Assembly (NCBI GenBank): GCA_963716175.1
Contig: OY970296.1
Span: 2,432,001 to 2,496,000 of the forward strand
Length of the DNA stretch: 64,000 nucleotides
Direction of reading: 5' to 3'
From: an uncultured Armatimonadetes bacterium
GTDB lineage: Bacteria; Armatimonadota; Hebobacteria; Hebobacterales; Hebobacteraceae
This document shows positions 22,097-32,573 of this stretch, piece after piece. A model generated the notes under the pieces. That model was given only the letters and a program-made list of their open reading frames with translations. It had not been told where the DNA came from and did not search any database. How positions within the stretch are numbered: the stretch's first letter is position 1; each line of letters begins with the position of its first letter. A program made the position numbers and the translations under genes.

Positions 22097-23602
22097 ATGA
22101 CCGCCCCCGACCTGCTGGTCTTGCTACCGGCTATCATCACCGGCTACGGCGCGGTGGTGGTGCTGCTCGCCGGCGCCTACTGGCGGAACCATTCCGGGGT
22201 GGCCCTGCTCTCACTCGCCGTCCTGGCCGGGGCCTTTCTTTCCATCTTCGCGGCCCTGCCTCTCGCTCCGCGGCAGGTGACTCCACTCCTGCACGTTGAC
22301 GTCTTCGCTCTCTGCTACATGGGACTGTTCCTGCTGGGAGCCTTCGGCATCGCCATCTTTTCGCACGACTACCTGCGTTGGGCTCGTGCTGGCAGCGAGA
22401 AGTACTACGGCCTGCTGCTGCTGGCCACGCTCGGCATGCTGGTGCTGGCCGCCAGCAGTCACTTCGTCTCCTTCTTCCTCGCCCTCGAAACCCTGAGTGT
22501 CTCTCTCTACGCGCTGATCGGATACACGCTCCGGCGGCCCACCTCCCTGGAAGCCAGCCTGAAGTACCTCGTGCTGGCAGGGGTGGCGCTGGCCTTTCTC
22601 CTCTTTGGCATGGCGCTCATCTACTCGCAGTCCGGGACCATGGATTTCGAACGGTTGGGCCGCAGCTTGCCTCCTGCCCCCTTGGGGTCCTCTGGTCTTG
22701 CCGCTCTGCTGCCCCTGGGGCTGGGTCTGATCCTGGTGGGCTTTGGTTTCAAGCTGGCCGCAGTTCCCTTCCACACCTGGGCCCCTGACGTCTACCAGGG
22801 CGCGCCTGCCCCCGTGAGCGCGCTGGTGGCCACCGGGTCCAAGGCCGCCATGTTCGCGCTGCTGATCCGCTTCGCCTCCGTGGCCGCCCTGCGGGAACGC
22901 GCGTCGAGCCTCCTGCTCCTGGAGGTTCTCGCCATCCTCACCATGTTCGGCGGCAACCTCTTGGCCCTGGTCCAGGGGAACATCAAGCGGTTGCTAGCTT
23001 ATTCCTCCATCGCTCACATGGGTTACCTGCTGATCCCTCTCCTCGCCGGCGGGGCCCAGGCTGTCTCTTCCATCGGCTTCTACTTCGCCTCCTACTTCAT
23101 CGCCACTATCGGTGCCTTCGGGGTGATCTCAGTGCTCTCCGCACAGGGCAAGGAGTTGGAGAACCTGGAGGACTACCGAGGGCTGGGCTCGCGCCGGCCC
23201 GGCCTGGCCGCGGTGTTGGGCCTGACGATGCTCTCGCTGGCCGGTATCCCTCTCACCGTTGGCTTCATCGCCAAGCTCTATATCTTCGCGGCCGCCGCCC
23301 GCGCCGGCCTGTGGTTCCTGTTGGTCATCGGCCTGCTCAACAGCGGCCTCGCCGCTTACTACTACCTGCGCGTGCTGGCCGCGCTCTATCTGCTACCCCC
23401 TGCCGCTGCGGGCGAAGGTGGACGCGCGGCCACGCTCAGCGTAAGCTGGCCGTCGGTGCAGGTGGGTTTGCCCGCCGGCCGTGTGGTGGGCAGCGCCATT
23501 GGGCTGGCCGTGCTCGCGCTGCTAACCATTTTGTTCGGGATCTATCCCACCCCCCTCATCGCTGTCGCCCAGCACACTTCCGCGCTGGGGCTCCTGCCCT
23601 GA
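22097..23602 (+). CDS. nuoN: NADH-quinone oxidoreductase subunit N
   Basis: EASLKY, FKLAAVPFHTWAPDVYQGAP, KRLLAYSSIAHMGY. Confidence 0.95.
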   Translation: MTAPDLLVLLPAIITGYGAVVVLLAGAYWRNHSGVALLSLAVLAGAFLSIFAALPLAPRQVTPLLHVDVFALCYMGLFLLGAFGIAIFSHDYLRWARAGSEKYYGLLLLATLGMLVLAASSHFVSFFLALETLSVSLYALIGYTLRRPTSLEASLKYLVLAGVALAFLLFGMALIYSQSGTMDFERLGRSLPPAPLGSSGLAALLPLGLGLILVGFGFKLAAVPFHTWAPDVYQGAPAPVSALVATGSKAAMFALLIRFASVAALRERASSLLLLEVLAILTMFGGNLLALVQGNIKRLLAYSSIAHMGYLLIPLLAGGAQAVSSIGFYFASYFIATIGAFGVISVLSAQGKELENLEDYRGLGSRRPGLAAVLGLTMLSLAGIPLTVGFIAKLYIFAAAARAGLWFLLVIGLLNSGLAAYYYLRVLAALYLLPPAAAGEGGRAATLSVSWPSVQVGLPAGRVVGSAIGLAVLALLTILFGIYPTPLIAVAQHTSALGLLP

Positions 23603-23672
23603 AGGAGAGTTCGCTCCCATACGAAACATTAGCTGGCCGCCGCCAACCATCATGTGATCCAGGAGGTCAACA

Positions 23673-24512
23673 GTGTCTCAGATGCCATTGGGTGTAGTTC
23701 TGGCCGTGGGCGGAGATTTCGCCGATCGCCTCCATCGCCTCCAGCAGGCTGGGTTCGCCACCATGCAGCTTTACTATCCCCCCCGGGAGTACCTGGCGGA
23801 GCCCGGGCGGAGCGAGCTTAAGCGCCTGATCGCGGATTCCGGGTTCACGGTCACCTCGGTCGTCTCCCATCATTCCGGTGAGAGCTATGCTGATGTCGCG
23901 GCCGTTCGGCGGACCGTGGGCCTGCTGCCGCGCGAGACTCGCGCCGCCCGCGTGGAGGCCACCAAGCGCGCCGCCGATTATGCCCGCGAGATCGGCTGCA
24001 AGTTCGTCTTCGCCCACATCGGCTATGTCCCCGAGGACCGGGGTGACCCCGACTACCAGGGCCTGGTGGATGTAACCCGAGAGATCTGCGACTACTTTCA
24101 GTCTCAGCAGGTTGGGTTCAACCTGGAGACCGGCCAGGAGCCGGCCGCCTTCCTGGCCGAGTTCATCCGGGAGGTGGGGCGGGACAACCTGGGGATCAAC
24201 TTCGACCCTGCCAATATCATCCTCTACGGGATGGGCGACCCGATCGCGGCCCTGGATGTGGTCGGCAAGTGGGTAAGAGGCGTCCACTGCAAGGACGGCG
24301 CTCCGCCCACCGCCGGGGGCCAGCTCGGCACCGAGCAACCGCTGGGTCAGGGCCAGGTCGGCATCCAGCGCTTCGTCGCCAAGCTCAAGCAGATCGGCTA
24401 TTCCGGCCCGCTTACCATAGAGCGGGAGATCCCCGGCGAGCAGCAGATGCAGGACTTCTTCGCCGCCAAGAAGCTGCTGGAAGGGATCAAGGCCAAGCTG
24501 GGGATTGGCTAG
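23673..24512 (+). CDS. Sugar phosphate isomerase/epimerase (xylose isomerase-like TIM barrel)
   Basis: LETGQE, NFDPAN, VHCKD, TIERE metal-binding motifs. Confidence 0.88.
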   Translation: MSQMPLGVVLAVGGDFADRLHRLQQAGFATMQLYYPPREYLAEPGRSELKRLIADSGFTVTSVVSHHSGESYADVAAVRRTVGLLPRETRAARVEATKRAADYAREIGCKFVFAHIGYVPEDRGDPDYQGLVDVTREICDYFQSQQVGFNLETGQEPAAFLAEFIREVGRDNLGINFDPANIILYGMGDPIAALDVVGKWVRGVHCKDGAPPTAGGQLGTEQPLGQGQVGIQRFVAKLKQIGYSGPLTIEREIPGEQQMQDFFAAKKLLEGIKAKLGIG

Positions 24513-24515
24513 TTC

Positions 24516-25841
24516 ATGGCGGTTGTGCCTTTCACTTTCCGCGTCACCGATGGCTGGCTGCGCGATCTCGCCTCCGAGCCTACGCCCCGGGACGCCTGGC
24601 CCTGCATTCGCTGGGACGACCGACTGCTGGCCGATCAGCTCCGCTTCCTCGATGTGCAGGCCGAGCTGGGCGTGGAGTACAATCTGGCCTGGGGCCTGTT
24701 CGTAGCTCGCTCCTGGCCGGTGCCCTTCGAGAACTCCATTGATGCTGAGCGTGAGAGACGGCTCCGCACGTTTGTAGACGGGGCCCACGCCCGCGACCTC
24801 AAGGTGCTCTCCGGGACCGGAGTGTACTCCTGGGGCTTCGATGAGGTCATCGCCAAGGTCCCCGGTGTCTCGGCCGGACACGCGCAGGCCATGTGCCGGT
24901 TCAGCCCGGAGGCCTGGGACTGGCAGCGGCGGGTCCTGGACTTCCTGATGGACCCGCGCTGGGGCCTGGACGGAATCAGCATGCAGTCCGCCGACCAGGG
25001 CCGGTGCGACTGCCCGAGGTGCAGCCAGTTTTCGCCCGCAGAGCATCATGCCGAGCTGCTGGTGCGCTGCGCCGAGCATGTCCGCGGGGGCCGGCCGGAC
25101 TGGGTGATCGGCCAGGCTTCCTGGGGCTTGCGACTGGATTCGCCAACCGACTTCGAGCATCTGAGGCGCGTCTCGCAGGTGGTTGACTATATGGTCGAAG
25201 TGAGAGAGCGCTCGGCCGACTGCGGCCGGCGCGCGGAGATCGTGAAGGGCCTGGCTTGCGCCTTCGGCTCAGTGGGAGGCGTGTTCGTGGAGCCGCCCCA
25301 GCACTGGCATCGCCTGCGGTGGTTCCTGCCTTGCGGCCTGGGTTCGGCCCGCGCTCTGGCGCGGCTCTGGGCGGATGGCGGGCGGGCCTGCGAGTACTTC
25401 TACCGGCCCTTCGCCAGCCCGGTGGAGGAGGTCTCCTGGCGCGTGGGCGCGCGCCTGCTGTCGTCACCTCTGACCCCGCCTGAGGCCGCGCTGCGTCAGG
25501 CAGTCGAGTCGGTGTATCGCACGAGCGGCGCCGCCGGTGAGGCGCTGGCAGATTGGTTTGCCCGCGGCGAGGAGGCCTACTTCTCCCGCGCCGACTTTGC
25601 AGTCGGCCAGGGTTCACTTTCGCTAGAGCCCCTGATCTGGGAGCAGGACCCGGCCGCTCCCGGCCCGCCTGTCTATCTGACTAACCGCATGACCGCGCCG
25701 GCGCAGGCGGACTACGCGCGCGATTTGGAGAGGCTGCGGACCGAGCTGGAGCGAATGGCGATCCCGAATCGGGAGGCCAAGCAGAAGACCATCTCCTGCA
25801 TTGATGGCACCCTGGGCGAGATCGCTGGTCTGCCTCTGTAG
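24516..25841 (+). CDS. Hypothetical protein, possible glycoside-hydrolase-like TIM barrel with CxCxxC motif
   Basis: 441-aa GC3-rich ORF in the operon; QSADQGRCDCPRC; family not recognised. Confidence 0.6.
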   Translation: MAVVPFTFRVTDGWLRDLASEPTPRDAWPCIRWDDRLLADQLRFLDVQAELGVEYNLAWGLFVARSWPVPFENSIDAERERRLRTFVDGAHARDLKVLSGTGVYSWGFDEVIAKVPGVSAGHAQAMCRFSPEAWDWQRRVLDFLMDPRWGLDGISMQSADQGRCDCPRCSQFSPAEHHAELLVRCAEHVRGGRPDWVIGQASWGLRLDSPTDFEHLRRVSQVVDYMVEVRERSADCGRRAEIVKGLACAFGSVGGVFVEPPQHWHRLRWFLPCGLGSARALARLWADGGRACEYFYRPFASPVEEVSWRVGARLLSSPLTPPEAALRQAVESVYRTSGAAGEALADWFARGEEAYFSRADFAVGQGSLSLEPLIWEQDPAAPGPPVYLTNRMTAPAQADYARDLERLRTELERMAIPNREAKQKTISCIDGTLGEIAGLPL

Positions 25842-25865
25842 GGCGGGCATACCCAGGCCCGCCGC
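25838..25865 (+). repeat. GTAG-type REP (family 3) overlapping stop codon
   Basis: GTAGGGCGGGCATACCCAGGCCCGCCGC. Confidence 0.7.
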
Positions 25866-25882
25866 TCTGGAGAGGAGCGCGG

Positions 25883-27460
25883 ATGACCCAACCTCAATAC
25901 CGGCGACCAGGGACCACCTGGTTCGTGAGCGATGGCTACATCTGGGATGACCTGCCGGCCAGCTACCGGAGGGAAGGCGGCAGACCGCTGGAGTGCTCGT
26001 CCCGGCTTTTCGTCTTCAACCCGCAGGGGAAGATGGCCCGCGTCCGCCTCAAGCTATTCCACGTGGACCGGCCCCCGACCAGCGTCGAGCTGAAAGTGCG
26101 CCCGCGCAGCATTGGGCAGGTTGAGCTGGCCGCGCTTCCCGAGGTGCCTCACCGGCAGTCTTTTTGGATCGCGATCGAGTCAGATTGGCCCGTGCTTCCG
26201 CAGGCGCGCCACGAGGATTACACGTTCTGGGACCCGGTGCCCGATGCCATGGTGGCCGTCGCCCCTTATCCGGGACCCCTGTCTGATGAGACCAGTTGGG
26301 CCTTCCCCGATTGCTTTCAAGGAGGATCCAGGAGCTGGTACGAGAGAGAGACCCTCACCATCCTCAACCCCAGGAAGAGGCCGGTATCAGCGCGGGTGCG
26401 ATATCTGTTCCGCAACCGGGAGGGTGGCGGCGAGGAGGAGATCGAGATTGCTGGCGAGCGGGCGGCCGCCCTGGAAGTGTGGGAGCGCAGCCCTCGGCTC
26501 CTGGGTACCGGGAACGGTCCGCCGGTGCGCGTCCTCGGCGATTACGCGGTCAGAGTTGATGCCACTGGTCCGGTCATCGCCCAGACCACCCGCCGCGCGC
26601 GCTGGCACGGGCACCCCTCGATCATCGGGTCGCGGAGCACCATGGGCTTTCCCGTTCGCGCCGGCCGCTGCGACCTCTGGTATTACCCCGGCGGCGCCGT
26701 CTGGGACCGCGGGGTGCTGCCGCGGGCGAAGGAGACAGACCACCCGCTGAGCCAATGCGACAACACGTGGAACCTCCTGTTCATCAACAACCTGGACCCG
26801 CGGCGCCGGGTGCGGGCCCAAGTCAGATTCCACAAGCCCGACGGCGCGGCCGCGGACTCGGGGCCGCTGCCCATACCACCACTCAAGTCAGTGCTACACT
26901 GCTTGCACGGCAAGCCCTGGCTGGGCGAGCAGATCCAGGTCAACCAGCCCTTCGCCATCACTCTCACCGCCGACGGGCCGGTCGTCCCGGAGGTGTGCTG
27001 TGCTGAGTACGAGATGTGGAGTCAGGTCTGCCCCGGCGCCATGACTGCGGTCAACTTCTACCCGGGACCGCTGCGGCAGGAACGCACCTGGTGGCTCGGT
27101 ATCGGCCAGGCCGGCGGCTCGGATCAGATCAACGTCGAATGGGCTCAGAGCTATCACCTGTTCAATCCAGGGCAGAAGCCGTTACAGGTCACGCTTTCCT
27201 TTCTGGGGCTGGGAAACCGCAGCACGAGTGGCAGGAGGCAAGCTCCTGCCCAGCATTCAGTGAAGCTCGCGCCCGGCGCGGTGGTCCACGTCGCCTCCGC
27301 CGACATCGCCGGGCTGCCGCTCGGTCGGCCCTTTGCGGTGCGGGCAGATGGTGACCGTCCCTTCTGTGCCCAAGTCTTCGGCCGCACCTTCACTCGTGGT
27401 CTGCGCTGCACCCGGGGCATGTACTCGCACCTGGGCATCCCGATGACGCTGGAGGGTTAG
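25883..27460 (+). CDS. Protein of four tandem ASRT (Anabaena sensory rhodopsin transducer)-like beta-sandwich domains
   Basis: Four repeats of W-x-(F/Y)-x2-G ... (L/I)-x-(F/L/I)-N-P ... (F/Y)-A-(V/I)-x3-D-x-P-V; near-duplicate junctions AMVAVAPYPGPL and AMTAVNFYPGPL. Confidence 0.7.
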   Translation: MTQPQYRRPGTTWFVSDGYIWDDLPASYRREGGRPLECSSRLFVFNPQGKMARVRLKLFHVDRPPTSVELKVRPRSIGQVELAALPEVPHRQSFWIAIESDWPVLPQARHEDYTFWDPVPDAMVAVAPYPGPLSDETSWAFPDCFQGGSRSWYERETLTILNPRKRPVSARVRYLFRNREGGGEEEIEIAGERAAALEVWERSPRLLGTGNGPPVRVLGDYAVRVDATGPVIAQTTRRARWHGHPSIIGSRSTMGFPVRAGRCDLWYYPGGAVWDRGVLPRAKETDHPLSQCDNTWNLLFINNLDPRRRVRAQVRFHKPDGAAADSGPLPIPPLKSVLHCLHGKPWLGEQIQVNQPFAITLTADGPVVPEVCCAEYEMWSQVCPGAMTAVNFYPGPLRQERTWWLGIGQAGGSDQINVEWAQSYHLFNPGQKPLQVTLSFLGLGNRSTSGRRQAPAQHSVKLAPGAVVHVASADIAGLPLGRPFAVRADGDRPFCAQVFGRTFTRGLRCTRGMYSHLGIPMTLEG

Positions 27461-27462
27461 CG

Positions 27463-28431
27463 ATGGGGTTCTCGATCGAGACCTATCGCCGCGAGCTTCT
27501 GCACGGCATGACGGCACTCTACAACGCGGAGACCGCGTGCGAGGGCCACATCGCGCCACTCGACCCGCAGCGGTTCGTCAACCTGGTCGAGGACAAGTCC
27601 TACTTCGACCCGAGCGGCCTGCTGGTCGCGATCGAGAGCGAAGAGGTCGTGGGCTGGGTTCACGCTTGCCTGGCGGCTGGGTCCGAGCCGCATCACGAGC
27701 CACATCAGCCGGTACCCCAGATTCGCATGCTGATCTACCCGGCGAACCGGCTCAAGGTGGGCGCGGCCCTGGTGGCAGAAGCCACTTCCTGGCTGAGGAA
27801 GACGGCGACCAGCTTGGTAGCCCAGGCTCCCAGCCTGCTCGCCCTGCACGCCCAGCAGGGCTACCCCTTCTACCGGGGCCTCTGGCTGGGCTCGGAGCCC
27901 ATGTGCCCCGCCTCCCTGCCGCACCTGCAACTCGCCCTCGAGGTCGCCGGATACCGCAACACGCAGGAGTCCGTGTTCATGGTGGCGTCAATGCCGTCTC
28001 CGCCGGACGATTCTGTAGGAAGGGGACCTCTCGGCATGCCCGCCATCGAGTTGACTGACTCGCCGGTGGAAATGACGCACCAGCCGATGCGAGAGTCGTG
28101 GGTGGGATTCGAGCCCATGATCACGACCGCCCTCAGCGGTGGCGAGCAGGTGGGGAGCATCGGTTGGGTCATGCTGCCGCAGGTGGCCGAGCGCCTGGGG
28201 GCCCCGGCGGTGAACATCTGGCGCCTGGGAGTGGCGGAGCAACACCGTCGCAGGGGCGTCGCCACCGCGCTGATCGCACATGCCATGGCGCGCGGCCATC
28301 GCCTGGGAGCGCGTTCCGCCTCCGTGGGCACCCAGCTCTGGAACGCGCCCGCGCACGCCAGCTACGCCAAGCTCGGCTTCCTCCCGCACTGCGTGTTAGT
28401 GGGAAGGACCCTCTCGCTGGAGGAAGCCTGA
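27463..28431 (+). CDS. GNAT family N-acetyltransferase (two-domain)
   Basis: V..HRRRGVATALI acetyl-CoA motif A, N.PA...Y.KLGF motif B. Confidence 0.85.
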   Translation: MGFSIETYRRELLHGMTALYNAETACEGHIAPLDPQRFVNLVEDKSYFDPSGLLVAIESEEVVGWVHACLAAGSEPHHEPHQPVPQIRMLIYPANRLKVGAALVAEATSWLRKTATSLVAQAPSLLALHAQQGYPFYRGLWLGSEPMCPASLPHLQLALEVAGYRNTQESVFMVASMPSPPDDSVGRGPLGMPAIELTDSPVEMTHQPMRESWVGFEPMITTALSGGEQVGSIGWVMLPQVAERLGAPAVNIWRLGVAEQHRRRGVATALIAHAMARGHRLGARSASVGTQLWNAPAHASYAKLGFLPHCVLVGRTLSLEEA

Positions 28432-28493
28432 GTGAGGCATCCCGCATTGCTGGGCGCGCTCAAGGACTTGGGCCCCTTAGCGCCCAATACTTA

Positions 28494-28610
28494 AGGAGTT
28501 TCCTGAATCATGGGAATGGCACATGATTCAGGAAACTCCTCAGAAGCAGGCGTATGGCTTGTGAGGCTGATTCTCTCGCATCATGGTGACAACCATGATG
28601 CGAGAGAATC
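28494..28610. repeat. Two perfect 19-bp inverted repeats in tandem
   Basis: AGGAGTTTCCTGAATCATG 28494-28512 pairs with 28522-28540; GATTCTCTCGCATCATGGT 28569-28587 pairs with 28592-28610. Confidence 0.9.
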
Positions 28611-28668
28611 CGTAAGTCGCTAGCTATCGGCGGGCCTACCAGGCCCCGTAAGGTTCGCGCCAACACCC

Positions 28669-29898
28669 ATGTCCAGGACTGAGGCAGTTCCGTCCCGCAA
28701 CCTGAGCCGGGAGCTCACCCTCTTCTTCCTCGTCGTCGCGGCGATGGGGCTGATGTCCGGTCTCTTCGAGACCACCTTCAACAATTTCCTGAGCGACAAC
28801 TTCCGCATGTCGGCCGAGGCCAGAGGCCAACTGGAGTTCCCGCGCGAGCTGCCTGGTTTCCTCGTCGCCCTGATGGGCGGTCTGCTCTTCTTCCTCTCCG
28901 AGATCAGGCTGGGCGGCTTCGCCTGCCTGACCGCTGCCCTGGGCGTCGCGGGCCTCGCTCTGTTCAGCACGAATTTCGCCCCCGTGCTGGCCTTCATGGT
29001 CATGTATAGCACGGGCACGCATATGATGATGCCGGTGAACAACACCGTGGCCCTCAGCCTGGCGCCTCCGCATCGCCGCGCGGCCAGGATGGGGCAGATC
29101 GGGGCCGTGGGGCTATGTGCCACCATTCTCGGAGCTGGGCTGGTCTGGCTGGGTCTCCAGTACTTCGGGCTCAGCTACCGGGGCATTTTCGCCATTTCCG
29201 CCGGTGGGGCTCTCGCCGCTGCTATCCTGGTCTCCCGGCTTCGGCCCCTGCCGCAGCGGCACGGGCGAAGGCCCAAGCTGGTGCTGAAGCGCCGCTACTC
29301 CCTCTACTACCTGCTCAACATCTTCTCCGGCGCGCGCAAGCAGGTGTTCGTCACCTTCGGTCCCTGGGTGTTGATCAAGGTCTTCGGCGAGCCGGCGCCC
29401 ACGATCGCCAAGCTCTGGATCGTGGCCTCGATCATCGGCATCTTCTTCCAGCCTCGGCTTGGCAAGCTGATTGACCGCCTGGGCGAGCGGGTGATCTTGA
29501 TGGCCGACGCGCTGGTACTCATCGGCGTCTGTCTGGGCTACGGTTTCGCCCGCCAATTGCCCCTCGCCAGCCCGGTGCACCTCGTCTATGCATGCTACGT
29601 GCTGGACAATGTCATGTTCGCGGCCGGCATGGCCCGCACGACTTACGTGGATAAGATCGCGGAGAGCGAGTCGGACATCCACGCTTCGCTGTCCGTCGGT
29701 GTCTCCATTGACCACGCCGTCTCCATGTCCATCCCCACCCTCGGCGGCCTGCTGTGGATACGCTATGGTTTCCCCTACGTCTTCCTCGCCGCGGCGGGCA
29801 TTGCTTTCTGCAACCTGATCGTGGCCAGCTTCGTGCGAGTGCCGCCTCGGCCGACCGTCGAACCTCTGCCCGCGGCGGACGTGACGGGCCCCGACTAG
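28669..29898 (+). CDS. MFS transporter
   Basis: About 12 TM segments; LEFPRELPG; GKLIDRLGER loop motif. Confidence 0.88.
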   Translation: MSRTEAVPSRNLSRELTLFFLVVAAMGLMSGLFETTFNNFLSDNFRMSAEARGQLEFPRELPGFLVALMGGLLFFLSEIRLGGFACLTAALGVAGLALFSTNFAPVLAFMVMYSTGTHMMMPVNNTVALSLAPPHRRAARMGQIGAVGLCATILGAGLVWLGLQYFGLSYRGIFAISAGGALAAAILVSRLRPLPQRHGRRPKLVLKRRYSLYYLLNIFSGARKQVFVTFGPWVLIKVFGEPAPTIAKLWIVASIIGIFFQPRLGKLIDRLGERVILMADALVLIGVCLGYGFARQLPLASPVHLVYACYVLDNVMFAAGMARTTYVDKIAESESDIHASLSVGVSIDHAVSMSIPTLGGLLWIRYGFPYVFLAAAGIAFCNLIVASFVRVPPRPTVEPLPAADVTGPD

Positions 29899-29905
29899 CC
29901 GCAGA

Positions 29906-29954
29906 GTGGGGCAGGTCCGCTGAGCCCTCGGCTGCGCTCGGGGTAGGCCTGCCC
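29906..29954 (+). repeat. Family-1-like REP with an inserted palindrome in its loop
   Basis: GTGGGGCAGGTCCGC + TGAGCCCTCGGCTGCGCTCGGGGTA + GGCCTGCCC. Confidence 0.55.
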
Positions 29955-29966
29955 GAAGGAGCAGAT

Positions 29967-31256
<1,290 letters not shown>

Positions 31257-31427
31257 CCCTGGCGGGAGGGGGCAGTCCGCAGGTGCTCGCGTGCCGTTTT
31301 CGGGGCGCAGCCTCGGCTCAAAGAGGAACCCGCGCCCTGGCCCCGAACCATGACAGCCGGCCCTGTCGGCCAACTCGGCGAGCGCCTGGCAGGATGGGCG
31401 CTCGACACCAGCAGGCGAGGAGAGAGG

Positions 31428-32537
31428 ATGAAAGAGGTTCGACTTGGCATCATCGGCGTAGGGCAGATCGGGAAGTCGCACCTGCGGAATTACTCGGAGG
31501 TCCCCGGAGCCAAGATGGTCGCGGCCGCCGACATAGATGGACCTGAGCTCAAGCGGGTGGCCGAGCAGTTTGGCATCCCCCACACCTACAAGGATTTCCG
31601 GCAGTTGCTGAAGCGGGACGACATCGAGGCGGTGGATGTCTGCCTGCACAACAACTTTCATTCCCCGGTCAGCGTCGCCGCGATGCGCGCCGGCAAGCAC
31701 GTCTACTGCGAGAAGCCTCTGGCTGGCTCCTATGTGGACGCGAAGGCCATGGTGGACGCGGCGAAGGAGTACAAGCGGAACCTGCACATGCAGCTCGGAA
31801 CCCTCTACTCCAAGGAGACCAAGGCCGCCAGGCGTCTCATCGAGGATGGCCTCCTGGGGAAGCTCTATCACGGCCGCGCCACCGGCTTCCGCCGGCGGGG
31901 TCGGCCTTTTGTGGATGGCTATGGGACCGCCTCCTTTGTGAAGAAGGAAGTGGCGGCCGGCGGCGCCCTCTATGACATGGGCGTCTACCACATCGGCCAG
32001 ATGCTCTATCTGCTGGGACTGCCGGAGGTGCTGCGAATCAGCGGCAAGGTCTATCAGGAGACCGGGATGGACCCCGGGCGCAGGGAGAGCAGCGGCTACA
32101 ATGTAGAGGAGCTGGGCCTGGGCTTCGTGAGGCTTGCTGGTGGCATCACCATGGACATGATTGAGTCCTGGGCCATCCACCTCAACGAGTTCGAGAGCAG
32201 CAGCGTGGTCGGCAGCAAGGGTGGGATCAGGCTGCGCCCGTTCGGCTTCTACACCACCCAGAGCGACATCGAGATGGATTCCACCTTCGATCTCGATTCC
32301 TGGGATTGGCGGGAGGGCCAGTTGCGCCCCGATCAGCATGACGCCTTCCGCTCGTCGCAGCACCACTGGATCGCGGCCTTGCAGAAGCGGGTGAAGCTGC
32401 TGCCCACCGGTGAGATCGGGCTGAAGACCATGCTGGTGAGCGAGGGCATCTACCTGTCCGATCGGCTGGGGCGTGAGGTCAGCGCCGAGGAAGTGCTCAA
32501 GGCCTCCAAGTCCAGCGCAGTCAAGTTCCGGCGGTAA
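31428..32537 (+). CDS. Gfo/Idh/MocA family oxidoreductase
   Basis: GIIGVGQIG, GKHVYCEKP, GGALYDMGVYH. Confidence 0.92.
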   Translation: MKEVRLGIIGVGQIGKSHLRNYSEVPGAKMVAAADIDGPELKRVAEQFGIPHTYKDFRQLLKRDDIEAVDVCLHNNFHSPVSVAAMRAGKHVYCEKPLAGSYVDAKAMVDAAKEYKRNLHMQLGTLYSKETKAARRLIEDGLLGKLYHGRATGFRRRGRPFVDGYGTASFVKKEVAAGGALYDMGVYHIGQMLYLLGLPEVLRISGKVYQETGMDPGRRESSGYNVEELGLGFVRLAGGITMDMIESWAIHLNEFESSSVVGSKGGIRLRPFGFYTTQSDIEMDSTFDLDSWDWREGQLRPDQHDAFRSSQHHWIAALQKRVKLLPTGEIGLKTMLVSEGIYLSDRLGREVSAEEVLKASKSSAVKFRR

Positions 32538-32573
32538 GAGGCCATATCGCAGCCCGGGGGAGGAGTTAGAGGT

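Noticed and set aside
20439-22100. 553-aa alternative-frame ORF over nuoM
   Set aside because: Arg/Pro/Gly-rich off-frame translation expected at high GC.
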